In this document: positions 28,902 to 38,470 of the stretch, one piece after another | Layout: the number at the start of each line of letters is the position of its first letter | Numbering within the stretch: the first letter of the stretch is position 1 | NCBI GenBank assembly: GCA_050117845.1 | Contig: JASFLY010000012.1 | Location: forward strand, 1 to 64,000 | Direction of reading: 5' to 3' | Source: Candidatus Zixiibacteriota bacterium | Lineage (GTDB): Bacteria > RBG-13-66-14 > B26-G2 > WVWN01 | Length of the DNA: 64,000 nt | Program-made: the position numbers and the translations under genes | The notes under the pieces: model-generated | Databases searched by the model: none | What the model was told of the DNA's origin: nothing | The model's input: the letters and a program-made list of their open reading frames with translations, nothing else

Positions 28902-29816
28902 GTGAAGATTCGAATATTACTCGCGAGCGCGGCCATCACGGCCGCGACGGCCCTCGGGGTTGCCGGCGACGGCCCCTCCCTCGCCGACCTCGACCTCCTA
29001 CGCGTCCCCCGGGAAGAAATCCCGCCGGGCGAGGCCGAATTGGCCAACAAATTGCAGTACGCCCGGGCCCTCATCCTGGGTGGGAAAGCCGAGGAAGCTC
29101 TTTCGGCCCTCGACGAAGTGGCAGCCCGGGATACGGCGGGGACCTTCTCCGTCGAAATACTCTATTACCGGGGTTTCGCGCTCGACATGCTGGGCCAATA
29201 CGACGCGGCGCTCGTCAACTACGAGGAGGCGCTGGCCCTCCAACCGGACGACCCCACGATACTGCTGGCGATGGGCCAGGCAAGTCTGGACGCGGGCCGC
29301 GACGACGACGCCCGGGCCCGATTCGAACGGGTTCTGGAACTCAGTCCGGGGGAATCCCGGGCCCTTACCGGCTTGGCTTATCTGGACTTAACGGCCGGCG
29401 ACTCGGCCGGGGCCAAGGAGAAGCTGGAACAAGCCCTGGCCTCGGACGCCGGGAACGCCCTCGCCATGTCATACATGGGCCTGGTCGAGATGGGCAACCG
29501 CAAATTCGACCTCGCCCGGGCGCACCTCGAAAACGCGCTCGCGCTCGAGCCGGATAACCTGACCGCCAATTATAACCTGGCCGGTATTTACCTGATGCAG
29601 GGCGATTTCGCCCTCGCCGAAGAACACTATCGCCGCGTCCTGGAACGCAAGCCGGAGGACGGCGAGGCCCGTTATTACCTGGCCCGGGCGCTGGAGGGCC
29701 AGGGGCGTTACAAGGAAGCCCTGGCCGAAGCCGAACTCGTCGTCGAATCGGGAGTGCTCGTAGAGGGCCTCGTCGAAACGCTGGACCGGCTGGAACGCCT
29801 GGCCGGCGGAGAGTAA
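28902..29816 (+). CDS. Exported tetratricopeptide-repeat protein
   Basis: Signal peptide and about 7 TPR units (A...Y..AL.L.P). Confidence 0.9.
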   Translation: MKIRILLASAAITAATALGVAGDGPSLADLDLLRVPREEIPPGEAELANKLQYARALILGGKAEEALSALDEVAARDTAGTFSVEILYYRGFALDMLGQYDAALVNYEEALALQPDDPTILLAMGQASLDAGRDDDARARFERVLELSPGESRALTGLAYLDLTAGDSAGAKEKLEQALASDAGNALAMSYMGLVEMGNRKFDLARAHLENALALEPDNLTANYNLAGIYLMQGDFALAEEHYRRVLERKPEDGEARYYLARALEGQGRYKEALAEAELVVESGVLVEGLVETLDRLERLAGGE

Positions 29817-29939
29817 CGCCGGCGGCAATATCCCCTCCTGGAAACCGACCTTCCTTAGAGATAAACGGTTTTTTATCGTCCCGAGGACCTATTTAATACT
29901 CCGAAAATAGTCCCCGAAAGGGCCGGCCCCATTTTTAGG

Positions 29940-29968
29940 TTGACCGCCTTCGTTAATTATTCTATATT
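29940..29968 (+). promoter_or_regulatory. Putative sigma70 promoter of the coiled-coil/ParA operon
   Basis: TTGACC-17 bp-TATATT in an AT-rich intergenic region. Confidence 0.6.
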
Positions 29969-30074
29969 CAATCCTCAAAGAGGATTATATTTTATACTTT
30001 CATAATTCAACCTCTACTTACACGGTCGGCGCGTTCGCGTAAAAGCCCGGAAACGCGTCCCGGGAGGTTCATGC

Positions 30075-33000
30075 ATGGCCCCCATATTCAGTAAAAAGCC
30101 CGAATTGACGCCGGAACTAGTCGGCGAATATTTCGATAAACGGGCGGCCGAATTCAAAGCGCTCTTAAACCAGGCCACCGAACACGAGAAAAAGCTAGCC
30201 GACCGGGCGGCCCAAGTCGAGGGCGACGTCGCGAAAATCGACGAGCTCGACAAAAAGGTTAAAGAGTTTGAGACCAAGTCCGCGGCCCTGGCCGAAATGC
30301 TCCGCAAGGTCGAGGGTTTGCCGGCCTCGGTGAACGCGGCCGCGGAAAAGGCGGCCACGTCGGAGACGAAAGTCCGTGACGTGGAAACGCGCCTCAAGGC
30401 CGTGGGTGAAAAACAGGCCGAACTCCTCGCCCTCGAGAAAAAGATAACCGCCCTGACCGAAAACGCGAACCGGGCGACGGCCGACGTCAATAAAATCGAG
30501 GGGAGGCTCGCCGAGGTCCGCAAGGCAGACGCCGAGATAACGAAGTTGACCCAAAACCTCGCCGGGGCCGAAGATAAAATAACGTCCCGTACGCGCGACT
30601 CTGCCGAACGCGTTACGGCGCTATCGTCGCAAATCGGTGAACTCGAGAAATCCGTCAAGGCGGCGGGGCAAGCAGTGGAGCGGGTGGAGGGCGAGATAAA
30701 ATCCACCAAGGCCGAACTGGCGGGCCTGGGCGACCAGACCAAGCAACTGACCGCCGTCGAGAAAAACCTGGCTTCCGTTAAAACTAAGCTGGACCAGGTG
30801 GAACGTTCCGCGGCGCAGGTAACCGAGCTGCGGGCGGAGCTGAAAGCGGCCGGCCACGCGGTCGAGAAAACGAATTCGGCCAACGACGCCAACAAACAAA
30901 CGTTGGCGGAGGTAAAATCGGCCCTCGCCGAAACGAAGAAGGCCGCCGATCAGCAGGGCTCGCAAATCGCTACCCTTAGCGACAATTTCTCCAAAACCGG
31001 GGCCGACGTCGAAAAACGCCTCAAGGACGTGGACGCAAGTTTCGGTAAACTGGAAACGCGGGCCAAGGAATTGGAAACCCTCTCCAAGAAGGCCGACAAG
31101 ATAAACGACCGTACCGAAACCGCGGCCGTCAAAACCGACGAACTGGAACAACGCCTGGCCATAGTGGAGAAAGCGAAAAAAGAGATAGAGACGTTGCGGG
31201 AGCGGGTCGATACGACGGCGGCGGCGGCGAAAGAAGCCGCGACCGAAGGCAAGGCCGTGCGTACGTCCCTCGAGGGCGTTCGCGCCGAGGCCGAAAAGAT
31301 CCGGGCCGACGTGAACACGGTTAGTGAAACCTTCAAAACTATAAACAAGAACGTTAAAGCCACGGGCGAAGACGTTACGGAGGTCTCCCGCCGGGCGGGC
31401 AACGTAGCCGGCCGGACCACTAAACTCGAGCAGAAGATAGACGGCATCGAGGCCAGCATCGCCCAACTCGCCGAGGCCGACAAACGCGTCGGCGCCGTAA
31501 CGAGTAAGGCCGAAACGGTAGAAACGAAATTAACCGACCTGAACGAACGCTTCAAGACGACCCAGGCCGAGCTCAAGAGCGCCGGCGGCCGGGCCGAAAC
31601 GCTCGAAAAATCCCTCGCCAAGATCCAGGAGGACTTCGAGACTCTCCGGGTCGAACGCCAGCGCTACGACGAGGCCGAGCAGAACATCGACCGCCTCAAC
31701 TCGCTCATCGAATACATCAACACCAAGATAGACGTCCTCGAGGACCAACGCGAACTCATCGCCAAGGCCAACGAGGAATCGGGTAAACTCGACGTCCTGC
31801 TGTGGGAGATGGACGTTCGCCTGAAGAAACTCGCCGAAGAGCAGAAGATGGTCCGCGAGGGCGAGAAACGCATCGCCGACCTGGAAGAGATAATGGCGGG
31901 TATCCGGGACAAATTCCGGGAGGCCCAGGGCATACGCGACAAGCTCCTGGACATGGAGAACCGCCGCGAGGACTTCGTGCGCGACCTCTCCTCGTTCGAG
32001 CGCCAGATAAACGACTTCCGCGAAACGCGGTCCAACCTCGACAAGTACTTCCGGACCGCCGAGGAAATCATCGCCCAGGCCGGCCACGCCGAGCACAAGG
32101 TGATGGACGTCCAGTCCATGCTCGGCACCATCGAGAGCCGGGCCGAAATACTTAAGACGGTAAAGGCGGACCTGGCCGACGTCCAATCGCAAGCCGCGTC
32201 CGTCGAGAAACTACAGGATAAAATCTCCACGCTCGAATCCCGCCTGGCGGAGGCCGACGCCCTATCTCGGGTCGTCGCCGACCAGATAGCCGAGAATAAG
32301 GCTCGCGAGGCCGCGTTCACTGGCCACGCGTCCCGCCTAGACGAAGTGGAAGACAAGGTCCGCCAACTCACGCTCGATATCGACCGCGTCGAGGCCGCGG
32401 GCCAGGAGATAAAAAATATCCAGAACACCATCGCGGACCTCGGCCAGGAATCCGAATCGGCCGCGCGCGAACTGGCCCAGTTCCAGAACGAGCGCTCCCG
32501 GGTCCAGGACGAATTCGACCGGGCCACCCGGACCGCGCAGGACCACCTCGAGCAAATCGAGCGGCGCCAGGAAGAGATTCGGCTCCGCGAGGAACTCGTT
32601 ACCAGCGTGCACGACAAGACCGAGAAGATAGACGGCCTGCTCAAGGATATCGACCAGCGGATGATGGCGGTCCTCCGCGAGGACGCCAAACTGGACGCTT
32701 TAAGTTCGCGCCTGGACGATCTCAACCGCGACCTCTCGCTGCTCGAGGAGAAACGCCGGGCCGCCCTTAAATCCGAGAAAGAGGTCGACCGGCTGGTCGA
32801 GAAGGTGGGCTACCTCGAGGAGAGCACGGCCTCGGTAGACAAGGCCATCAGCACGCAGAGCAAACTCCGGCTCCAGCTCTCGGAGGAGGCCGAACGGCTC
32901 ACCGACATCAAGAGCGAGGTCGGCGACGTTACCGAAACGGTAATGATGCACGCCGCCCGCGTCGGCGAGACGGAGAAAGAAGTAAACCGACTCCTCGAAC

Positions 33001-33620
33001 GCATCCAGGAGGCGGGGCAAGAAGCCGCGAAGAAGGCCTCGCTCGTCGAACGGCGCAGTCAGGACATCATCGCCGTGGACGAGCGCATCAACGCCCTTTC
33101 CATGCTGGCGGAGGACCTCGAGGAACGGCTACGGGTATTGACCCAGCGCCGCGACGAGGTCGGTACGGTGGAACGCGAAATCCGCGACCTCAAAGCCTAT
33201 TATGAATTGGTCAACCAGGGTATGACCGAGCTAAAGACCGAAGCCGACGCGGTGGAGGTCATGCGGAGCCAAATAACCGAGCTCGCCGACGCCCGCAAAG
33301 ACGTAACGCTTGCCGTCCGGGAGATAGCCTCCAAGCGCGCCGAACTTAAAGAGGTAGAGAATAAATTCGAGGTGCTGGGGCGTACGGCCGCCGGCCTGGA
33401 AGAGAAGTTGGCCCAAATCCGGAATCAGGAGAAGCGCGTCGATACGCTGGCCGAGAAACTCGCTCAGGTCAGCTTCCTCACCAAAGACGTTGAGACCAAG
33501 ATGTCGAACCTCCGCGCGACCAGCGAAAGGCTGGACGAACTCCAGAAGAAAATCGCCCGTTCGGACGTCATCCTGAACGAAGCTCTCAAACGCGCGAGCG
33601 AGGGGAAACCCCCCGCTTAA
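30075..33620 (+). CDS. Very long coiled-coil protein (1181 aa), function unknown
   Basis: Heptad pattern end to end, almost no Pro, no TM segment, no Walker motif. RBS GGAGG. Confidence 0.9.
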   Translation: MAPIFSKKPELTPELVGEYFDKRAAEFKALLNQATEHEKKLADRAAQVEGDVAKIDELDKKVKEFETKSAALAEMLRKVEGLPASVNAAAEKAATSETKVRDVETRLKAVGEKQAELLALEKKITALTENANRATADVNKIEGRLAEVRKADAEITKLTQNLAGAEDKITSRTRDSAERVTALSSQIGELEKSVKAAGQAVERVEGEIKSTKAELAGLGDQTKQLTAVEKNLASVKTKLDQVERSAAQVTELRAELKAAGHAVEKTNSANDANKQTLAEVKSALAETKKAADQQGSQIATLSDNFSKTGADVEKRLKDVDASFGKLETRAKELETLSKKADKINDRTETAAVKTDELEQRLAIVEKAKKEIETLRERVDTTAAAAKEAATEGKAVRTSLEGVRAEAEKIRADVNTVSETFKTINKNVKATGEDVTEVSRRAGNVAGRTTKLEQKIDGIEASIAQLAEADKRVGAVTSKAETVETKLTDLNERFKTTQAELKSAGGRAETLEKSLAKIQEDFETLRVERQRYDEAEQNIDRLNSLIEYINTKIDVLEDQRELIAKANEESGKLDVLLWEMDVRLKKLAEEQKMVREGEKRIADLEEIMAGIRDKFREAQGIRDKLLDMENRREDFVRDLSSFERQINDFRETRSNLDKYFRTAEEIIAQAGHAEHKVMDVQSMLGTIESRAEILKTVKADLADVQSQAASVEKLQDKISTLESRLAEADALSRVVADQIAENKAREAAFTGHASRLDEVEDKVRQLTLDIDRVEAAGQEIKNIQNTIADLGQESESAARELAQFQNERSRVQDEFDRATRTAQDHLEQIERRQEEIRLREELVTSVHDKTEKIDGLLKDIDQRMMAVLREDAKLDALSSRLDDLNRDLSLLEEKRRAALKSEKEVDRLVEKVGYLEESTASVDKAISTQSKLRLQLSEEAERLTDIKSEVGDVTETVMMHAARVGETEKEVNRLLERIQEAGQEAAKKASLVERRSQDIIAVDERINALSMLAEDLEERLRVLTQRRDEVGTVEREIRDLKAYYELVNQGMTELKTEADAVEVMRSQITELADARKDVTLAVREIASKRAELKEVENKFEVLGRTAAGLEEKLAQIRNQEKRVDTLAEKLAQVSFLTKDVETKMSNLRATSERLDELQKKIARSDVILNEALKRASEGKPPA

Positions 33621-33652
33621 ACCCGTAGGGAACGCCCGGGAGCGGACCTGAC

Positions 33653-34438
33653 ATGGCCTATAAAATCGCGGTAACCAGCCAGAAGGGCGGCGTGGGTAAA
33701 ACGACCACCGCCGTGAATCTGAGCGCCTCTCTCGCCCTCGCGGAGAGGAAAACGCTCCTGATCGACCTCGACCCCCAGGGCTGTGCCAGCGTCGCGCTGG
33801 ACTTCAACCAGGAACTGCTTTACCGGGGTGTTTACGAGATATTCATGCGGAACTTCCCGGCCTCGGGCAGCATCCACGAGACCGGCGTCCCCAACCTCTC
33901 CATCATCCCGAGCAACATCTGGTCGAACAACGCCGAAGAAGAAATAATGCGGGCGTCTCTCAACCGTACTTCCCTCGCCCGTTCCATCGACGAGATAGAA
34001 GAGGAATTCGATTACATCGTCCTCGACTCCCCGCCGAGCATGAGCCACCTCATGGTGAGCGCCCTCGTGGCCGCGGACTCCGTGCTGATTCCGGTACAGG
34101 CCGAGTTCTACTCCTACAATGCGTTCGAACAGTTCATCCGGCTGGTAAAGACCGTCCGCCTGAGCGTAAACCCGGACCTCGAGATAGAAGGCTTCCTCCT
34201 CACCATGTACGACGACCGGACGAAGCTGGCGCACGAGGTCGAGGATTCGTTGCGGCGCCGCTTCGGTAAGGCCGTATTCAAGACCGTCGTGCCGCGCAGC
34301 ATCTCGCTGGCAGAGGCCCCGGCGCAGGGGAAACCCGGCATCGTCCTGGACGGCCGCTCCCCCGGCGCCAAGGCCTACCTTCAACTCGCGGCCGAGATAG
34401 TCCGCCGTGAGAAGTCGCGACGCAAAGCCCAAGTATAA
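33653..34438 (+). CDS. ParA/Soj-family ATPase (orphan)
   Basis: QKGGVGKTT, IDLDPQG, LDSPP, IPVQAE, TMYDDRT, LAEAP. Confidence 0.93.
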   Translation: MAYKIAVTSQKGGVGKTTTAVNLSASLALAERKTLLIDLDPQGCASVALDFNQELLYRGVYEIFMRNFPASGSIHETGVPNLSIIPSNIWSNNAEEEIMRASLNRTSLARSIDEIEEEFDYIVLDSPPSMSHLMVSALVAADSVLIPVQAEFYSYNAFEQFIRLVKTVRLSVNPDLEIEGFLLTMYDDRTKLAHEVEDSLRRRFGKAVFKTVVPRSISLAEAPAQGKPGIVLDGRSPGAKAYLQLAAEIVRREKSRRKAQV

Positions 34439-34458
34439 TTAGGTTATTATGAATAAAC

Positions 34459-34488
34459 AAACGCGGCCTTCGGGCCGCGTTTTTTCTT
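34459..34488. terminator. Probably bidirectional Rho-independent terminator
   Basis: AAACGCGGCC-TTCG-GGCCGCGTTT with flanking A- and T-tracts, between convergent parA and mutL. Confidence 0.85.
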
Positions 34489-34511
34489 GGGTGTGGTCGC
34501 GTTTTCGAGCC

Positions 34512-36293
34512 TCACCTTTTAAACAACCGCTGGAGTTCCCGCGCCGCCAGTTTTACCATCGTCGGCCGGCCGTGGGGGCAGACGTCGGGCGTGGCCGAGG
34601 CGAAGAGGTCCGCCACCAGCGCCGCCATTTCCCCCGGCTCGAGGCGTGCCCCCGCCCTCACGGCTGCATGGCACGCGACGCTCTTGCGAACGGCAGCCCG
34701 GCGCTTCTCCGCCGCGGCTGGCCTCCCCTCGTCCACGAAGTCCTTGACGAGTTCGCCCATAAAACTTTCGACGTCGCCCACCGGCACGTCGGCGGGGTGG
34801 GCCCGGACGATGAAGGCATCGCCGCCGAACTCCTCCACCTCGAAGCCGAGTTCGTTCAGGGCTGGGAGGCACTCCCGCAAATCGGCCGCCGCGGCCGCCC
34901 CGGGCGATACCGTCACCGGCAGCAAGAGTCGCTGGCTTCCGGCTACCTCCTCGCCCCGCCGACAGAGCCGGTCGTAGAGTACGCGTTCGTGGGCGGTATG
35001 CTGGTCGACGACGACGAGGCCCTTCCCCCGCCGGACGATAATGTAGGTGGCGTCGAGCTGGCCCAAGACCTCGACGGCCTCTCTTCCTCCGCCGGCCTCG
35101 CTTTCCGCTATCGTTTCGGGCACGTCGTCCGGAGGCGGCACCGGACGGGCATGGCGCGGCGCTTCGGCCCCCTCCGGCCACAGGCCGTGCCGTGACAGGT
35201 ACCCCTCCACCGCTTCCCGGATGTTCTCGGTGACGGCGGGCCCCGCCGGCTCCCGGCGCCCGCCGGCCGGCGCCGAAACGCCGAAGGATTCGGCCCGCAC
35301 GGTTACACCCGCTCGGGCGAGTTCCTCCCGCAATATCCGGCTCACGAATTCGTAAACGCGACTCTCGTCGGCGAAGCGGACCTCCTCCTTGCGGGGATGG
35401 ACGTTGACGTCGACCTCCCCCTCGGGCCAGTCGAGGTAGAGGACGACCAGCGGGTAACGCCCCCGTTCCAGCCTTCCCTGGTAGGCGGACATCACGGCCT
35501 TGAAGACGGGCTTCCCCCGGGCCGGTCGGCCGTTGACGACGGTATAGATGTTGGCGGTCGTTCCGAAGGAGAGGTCCGTCGGCGATAGGTACGCTCGTAC
35601 GGAAACGGCGTCCTCCCCCCCCTCGACGGGGACTAGTCGGTCCAGCATCTCCCAGCCGATTATCTCGCCGATGCGCTGTCGGGCGTCTGCGCCCCCCGAG
35701 GCGGTGTACTGCAGGCGGCCGTCCTTCGTGAGCGAGAACGTGGGGCCGAGTTGCGCGAGTGCGAGGCGCTTGAAAACCTCGGCGGCGCGGCGCCACTCGG
35801 CGGCAGGTTTCCCGGCGAACTTGCGGCGGGCGGGGACGTTGTAGTAGAGGTCGCGGACGGACACGGTCGTGCCCGGCGGCGAGCCCTCCGGGGACACTTT
35901 TACCGTGCCGCCCGTGACGACGGCTTTGAGGCCCGTGGGGTCGTCCTCGGTCCGCGTCAGGACCGTAACACGGGCGACGGCGGCGATAGCGGGCAACGCC
36001 TCCCCCCGGAAACCGAGGGTCGCAACGGCGTCCAGGTCCTCTGGCCGGGCGACCTTGCTCGTGGCGTAGCGTTCGAAGGCGAGCGCGAGGTCCGCGGCGT
36101 CCATGCCGCAACCGTCGTCGGCCACGCGGATTTCCGTGAATCCGCCCCCGCTGACGGCGACGTCGATGCGTCGCCCTCCGGCGTCCAGGCTGTTCTCCAT
36201 CAGCTCCTTGACGACGGACCACGGCCCCTCGACCACTTCGCCGGCGGCGATGAGGCCGACCATGCTTTCGTCGAGTTGGCGGACCTTTCCCAT
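34512..36293 (-). CDS. mutL: DNA mismatch repair endonuclease MutL
   Basis: IAAGEVV, KEL.ENSLDA, GFRGEAL, DVNVHP.K, DQHTAHER, ACH, CPHGRP. Confidence 0.96.
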   Translation of the reverse strand: MGKVRQLDESMVGLIAAGEVVEGPWSVVKELMENSLDAGGRRIDVAVSGGGFTEIRVADDGCGMDAADLALAFERYATSKVARPEDLDAVATLGFRGEALPAIAAVARVTVLTRTEDDPTGLKAVVTGGTVKVSPEGSPPGTTVSVRDLYYNVPARRKFAGKPAAEWRRAAEVFKRLALAQLGPTFSLTKDGRLQYTASGGADARQRIGEIIGWEMLDRLVPVEGGEDAVSVRAYLSPTDLSFGTTANIYTVVNGRPARGKPVFKAVMSAYQGRLERGRYPLVVLYLDWPEGEVDVNVHPRKEEVRFADESRVYEFVSRILREELARAGVTVRAESFGVSAPAGGRREPAGPAVTENIREAVEGYLSRHGLWPEGAEAPRHARPVPPPDDVPETIAESEAGGGREAVEVLGQLDATYIIVRRGKGLVVVDQHTAHERVLYDRLCRRGEEVAGSQRLLLPVTVSPGAAAAADLRECLPALNELGFEVEEFGGDAFIVRAHPADVPVGDVESFMGELVKDFVDEGRPAAAEKRRAAVRKSVACHAAVRAGARLEPGEMAALVADLFASATPDVCPHGRPTMVKLAARELQRLFKR

Positions 36294-36296
36294 TGT

Positions 36297-37121
36297 TTAT
36301 TCTGACGTCAGGCGGCGGTTGAGGCCGCGGGCGAGCTCGGCCACCTCGGCGACGGCGTCCCCCGGCCCCGCGGCCGTTACGTACGCCACGTCTCGCTTTA
36401 TCTTTTCGGCCCCGGTCCCCACGGCACAGGACAGGCCGACCTTGGACAGGAAGGGGAGGTCGTTGAAGGAATCGCCGATGCCAAGGACGTTCTCGGGGCC
36501 GAGGTCGAGGCCGTCGGCGCGCAGGCGGTCAAGCAGCCAGTCCAGGCCGGCGCCCTTGTCCACCGGCCGCGGCGTTACGTCCACGACGTCGATGGAGCGC
36601 GTCACGAAGAACTTGCCGGCGAGGTCGCCGGGCACGTTCTCGACCAGGGCCTGTAGCTCCTCCACCGGGCAACACCCGGCGGTGGCGATGCTCACCGAGT
36701 AGCGCTTGCCCAGTATCACGCCGGCGCCGCGCTTGGCGGCGAGTTCCTCCTCCGCCCAGGCGCGGAAGCGATTCACCAGCGCCAGTATCTCGGGGGCGGC
36801 GAGGGCCGGGTGGAAAGCGTACTCGTGGCCCAGCCGCTCGGCCGGGAGGTGCATACCGCAACCGGACTCGAAGAGCGAGGGCAACGGCGTCGAGAGGAAG
36901 CGGGCGAAGGCTTCGAGGTAGGAGTGAGGCCGGCCGGTTATGAGCGATATGGGCGGGACCGTCGGGTCCGTCCGGGAGAGCTCGTTCAGGCGACGCAGCT
37001 CGCGCAGGTCCTCGCAATCCAGGGGCCCCAGGTCGTCGGCGGTAACGGTCCCGTCGAGATCGGCGAGGATGAGTTTGACGGGGTGAGGGTAGCTATCGAA
37101 GGGTTCGGTACTTGTTCCCAT
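36297..37121 (-). CDS. HAD-superfamily (subclass IIB-like) phosphatase
   Basis: DLDGT, ITGR, DKG, GDSFND. Confidence 0.85.
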   Translation of the reverse strand: MGTSTEPFDSYPHPVKLILADLDGTVTADDLGPLDCEDLRELRRLNELSRTDPTVPPISLITGRPHSYLEAFARFLSTPLPSLFESGCGMHLPAERLGHEYAFHPALAAPEILALVNRFRAWAEEELAAKRGAGVILGKRYSVSIATAGCCPVEELQALVENVPGDLAGKFFVTRSIDVVDVTPRPVDKGAGLDWLLDRLRADGLDLGPENVLGIGDSFNDLPFLSKVGLSCAVGTGAEKIKRDVAYVTAAGPGDAVAEVAELARGLNRRLTSE

Positions 37122-37131
37122 TTATCCCAAT

Positions 37132-37572
37132 CTATTTTTGATACCACTTCCGGGGGCCGGCGAGGAAGGCCTCGACGCCCCGGCGCTTCAGTTTGCGGAG
37201 ATTGTAGAGGTGGCCGGTGCCGTGGGCGACGGCCAGCCGTTTCTCGAGTTTCTTGCAGGAGGCGAATTCGTCGCACTCCCAGCAGCCAGCGAGGCCCCGG
37301 CGCGCGGCGCAGTCCTTGACGTTGCACGGCGGCCCGCCGGCCCGACAGCCGCGACGACAGCGGAGCTTGACCATACCGCCCAGCGTCTCGTAACAGGTCG
37401 AATAGCCCTCGAACACTTTAAAGGGGATCGCCTCGGCTATCTTGTCGAAGCGGTACTCCCGCAGCTTCGCGCGGAGGTCACGGGCCAGGTCGGCCACCTC
37501 GCCCTTGTAGAAGGGGCAGTCACCGCAGTAAAGGCCGCAGGGCGCTATCAGTCTTTCGGACACTTCCGTCAT
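37132..37572 (-). CDS. DUF3795 Cys-rich protein
   Basis: APCGLYCGDC, C..GCR, C.VKDC, CWEC.EF..C. Confidence 0.85.
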   Translation of the reverse strand: MTEVSERLIAPCGLYCGDCPFYKGEVADLARDLRAKLREYRFDKIAEAIPFKVFEGYSTCYETLGGMVKLRCRRGCRAGGPPCNVKDCAARRGLAGCWECDEFASCKKLEKRLAVAHGTGHLYNLRKLKRRGVEAFLAGPRKWYQK

Positions 37573-38450
37573 TTCGATTTATTCTTACCCGGCGCTTTGG
37601 CCTCGAGCAGAGGCTGGACGTACGCCAGTTCCTCGGGGCCGCGAACGCGTACCTATATCTTCTTGGCAGCCGAACCCTTGCGGTAATCCTCGACGTATAC
37701 GCCGCGGCGCCGGGCGAATTTCTCCCACGGGAAACCGGCGCGGCCCAACTCGTCCGGCTTGGCGGTCAGGTGGACGACGAACGCTTCTCCCTCCGGGAAC
37801 AGCACCCGGAGGGGTTTTTTGCCGTCGACGTAACGCAAGCCCCAACCGGCGTGCCGGGCCTGGAAGTGGACCTCCGGCGCAAGGAGGGGGAATTCCTTTT
37901 TTATAAAACGCCTGAGAGCCGTCCACGCCTCGCCCGCGGCCCCGGCGTGGCGGCGCAGCTTCGTTTCGGACGGAACGTTTTTCTTGTCGAGTAGGCGCGA
38001 CAGGACGTAGTCGTTCTTGCCCTCCCGGCCGAGTTTACGCCGTATCGCCCGGAGCGTCCCTTCCATGTCGTACGGCACGAAGACGCGGTCGTAATCCTCG
38101 GCCGGGAACTCGCCCTTCTCGAAGCGGCCGCGGATCCGCCGCATGATGAGCAGGCTATTCAACTCCTTGTCACATGTGAATTCGTCGCAGTGAGCGCAGT
38201 TGGCGTAACCCCGCTCCGCCGCGCAGCGACGGACACGGCAGTACTTATTGACGAGCGAAGCGCCGGCCTTCTCATCCGCGAGGCAACCGTCGCAGATAGC
38301 TTTTTTCGAAAAACCTTCGGATATGCCCAGGTAGTCCTTCCACAAACGGACGAGTTCGTCCCGGGCCTCGGGACCGGCGGCGAGCCGCGGCCTATACGCC
38401 GGGCACAGGTCGCAACGGACGCCGCACTTCCCTATCATATCCTTACCCAT
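37569..38450 (-). CDS. DUF3795 + DUF3788-like protein interrupted by an in-frame TAG at 37655-37653 (nonsense allele or readthrough)
   Basis: CG..C..CP, CDGC, C....C, CAHC. The frame continues 27 codons past the TAG to a TGA that overlaps the next ATG. Confidence 0.7.
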
Positions 38451-38470
38451 AAACCCTCCTTAATAACGTT

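Noticed and set aside
30075..33620. SMC/Rad50, chemoreceptor or phage tape-measure identity for the coiled-coil protein
   Set aside because: No Walker A/B or signature motif, hinge, zinc hook, MCP hairpin or TM segments, and no phage context.
37653..37655. Genome-wide TAG reassignment
   Set aside because: pcm, ddl, ruvX, tatA and others end at TAG at their expected C-termini.
37585..37926. Programmed frameshift into this alternate ORF to complete the DUF3788-like gene
   Set aside because: The same-frame continuation past the TAG fits better and ends in an ATGA overlap; the alternate frame reads as Arg/Pro-rich noise.
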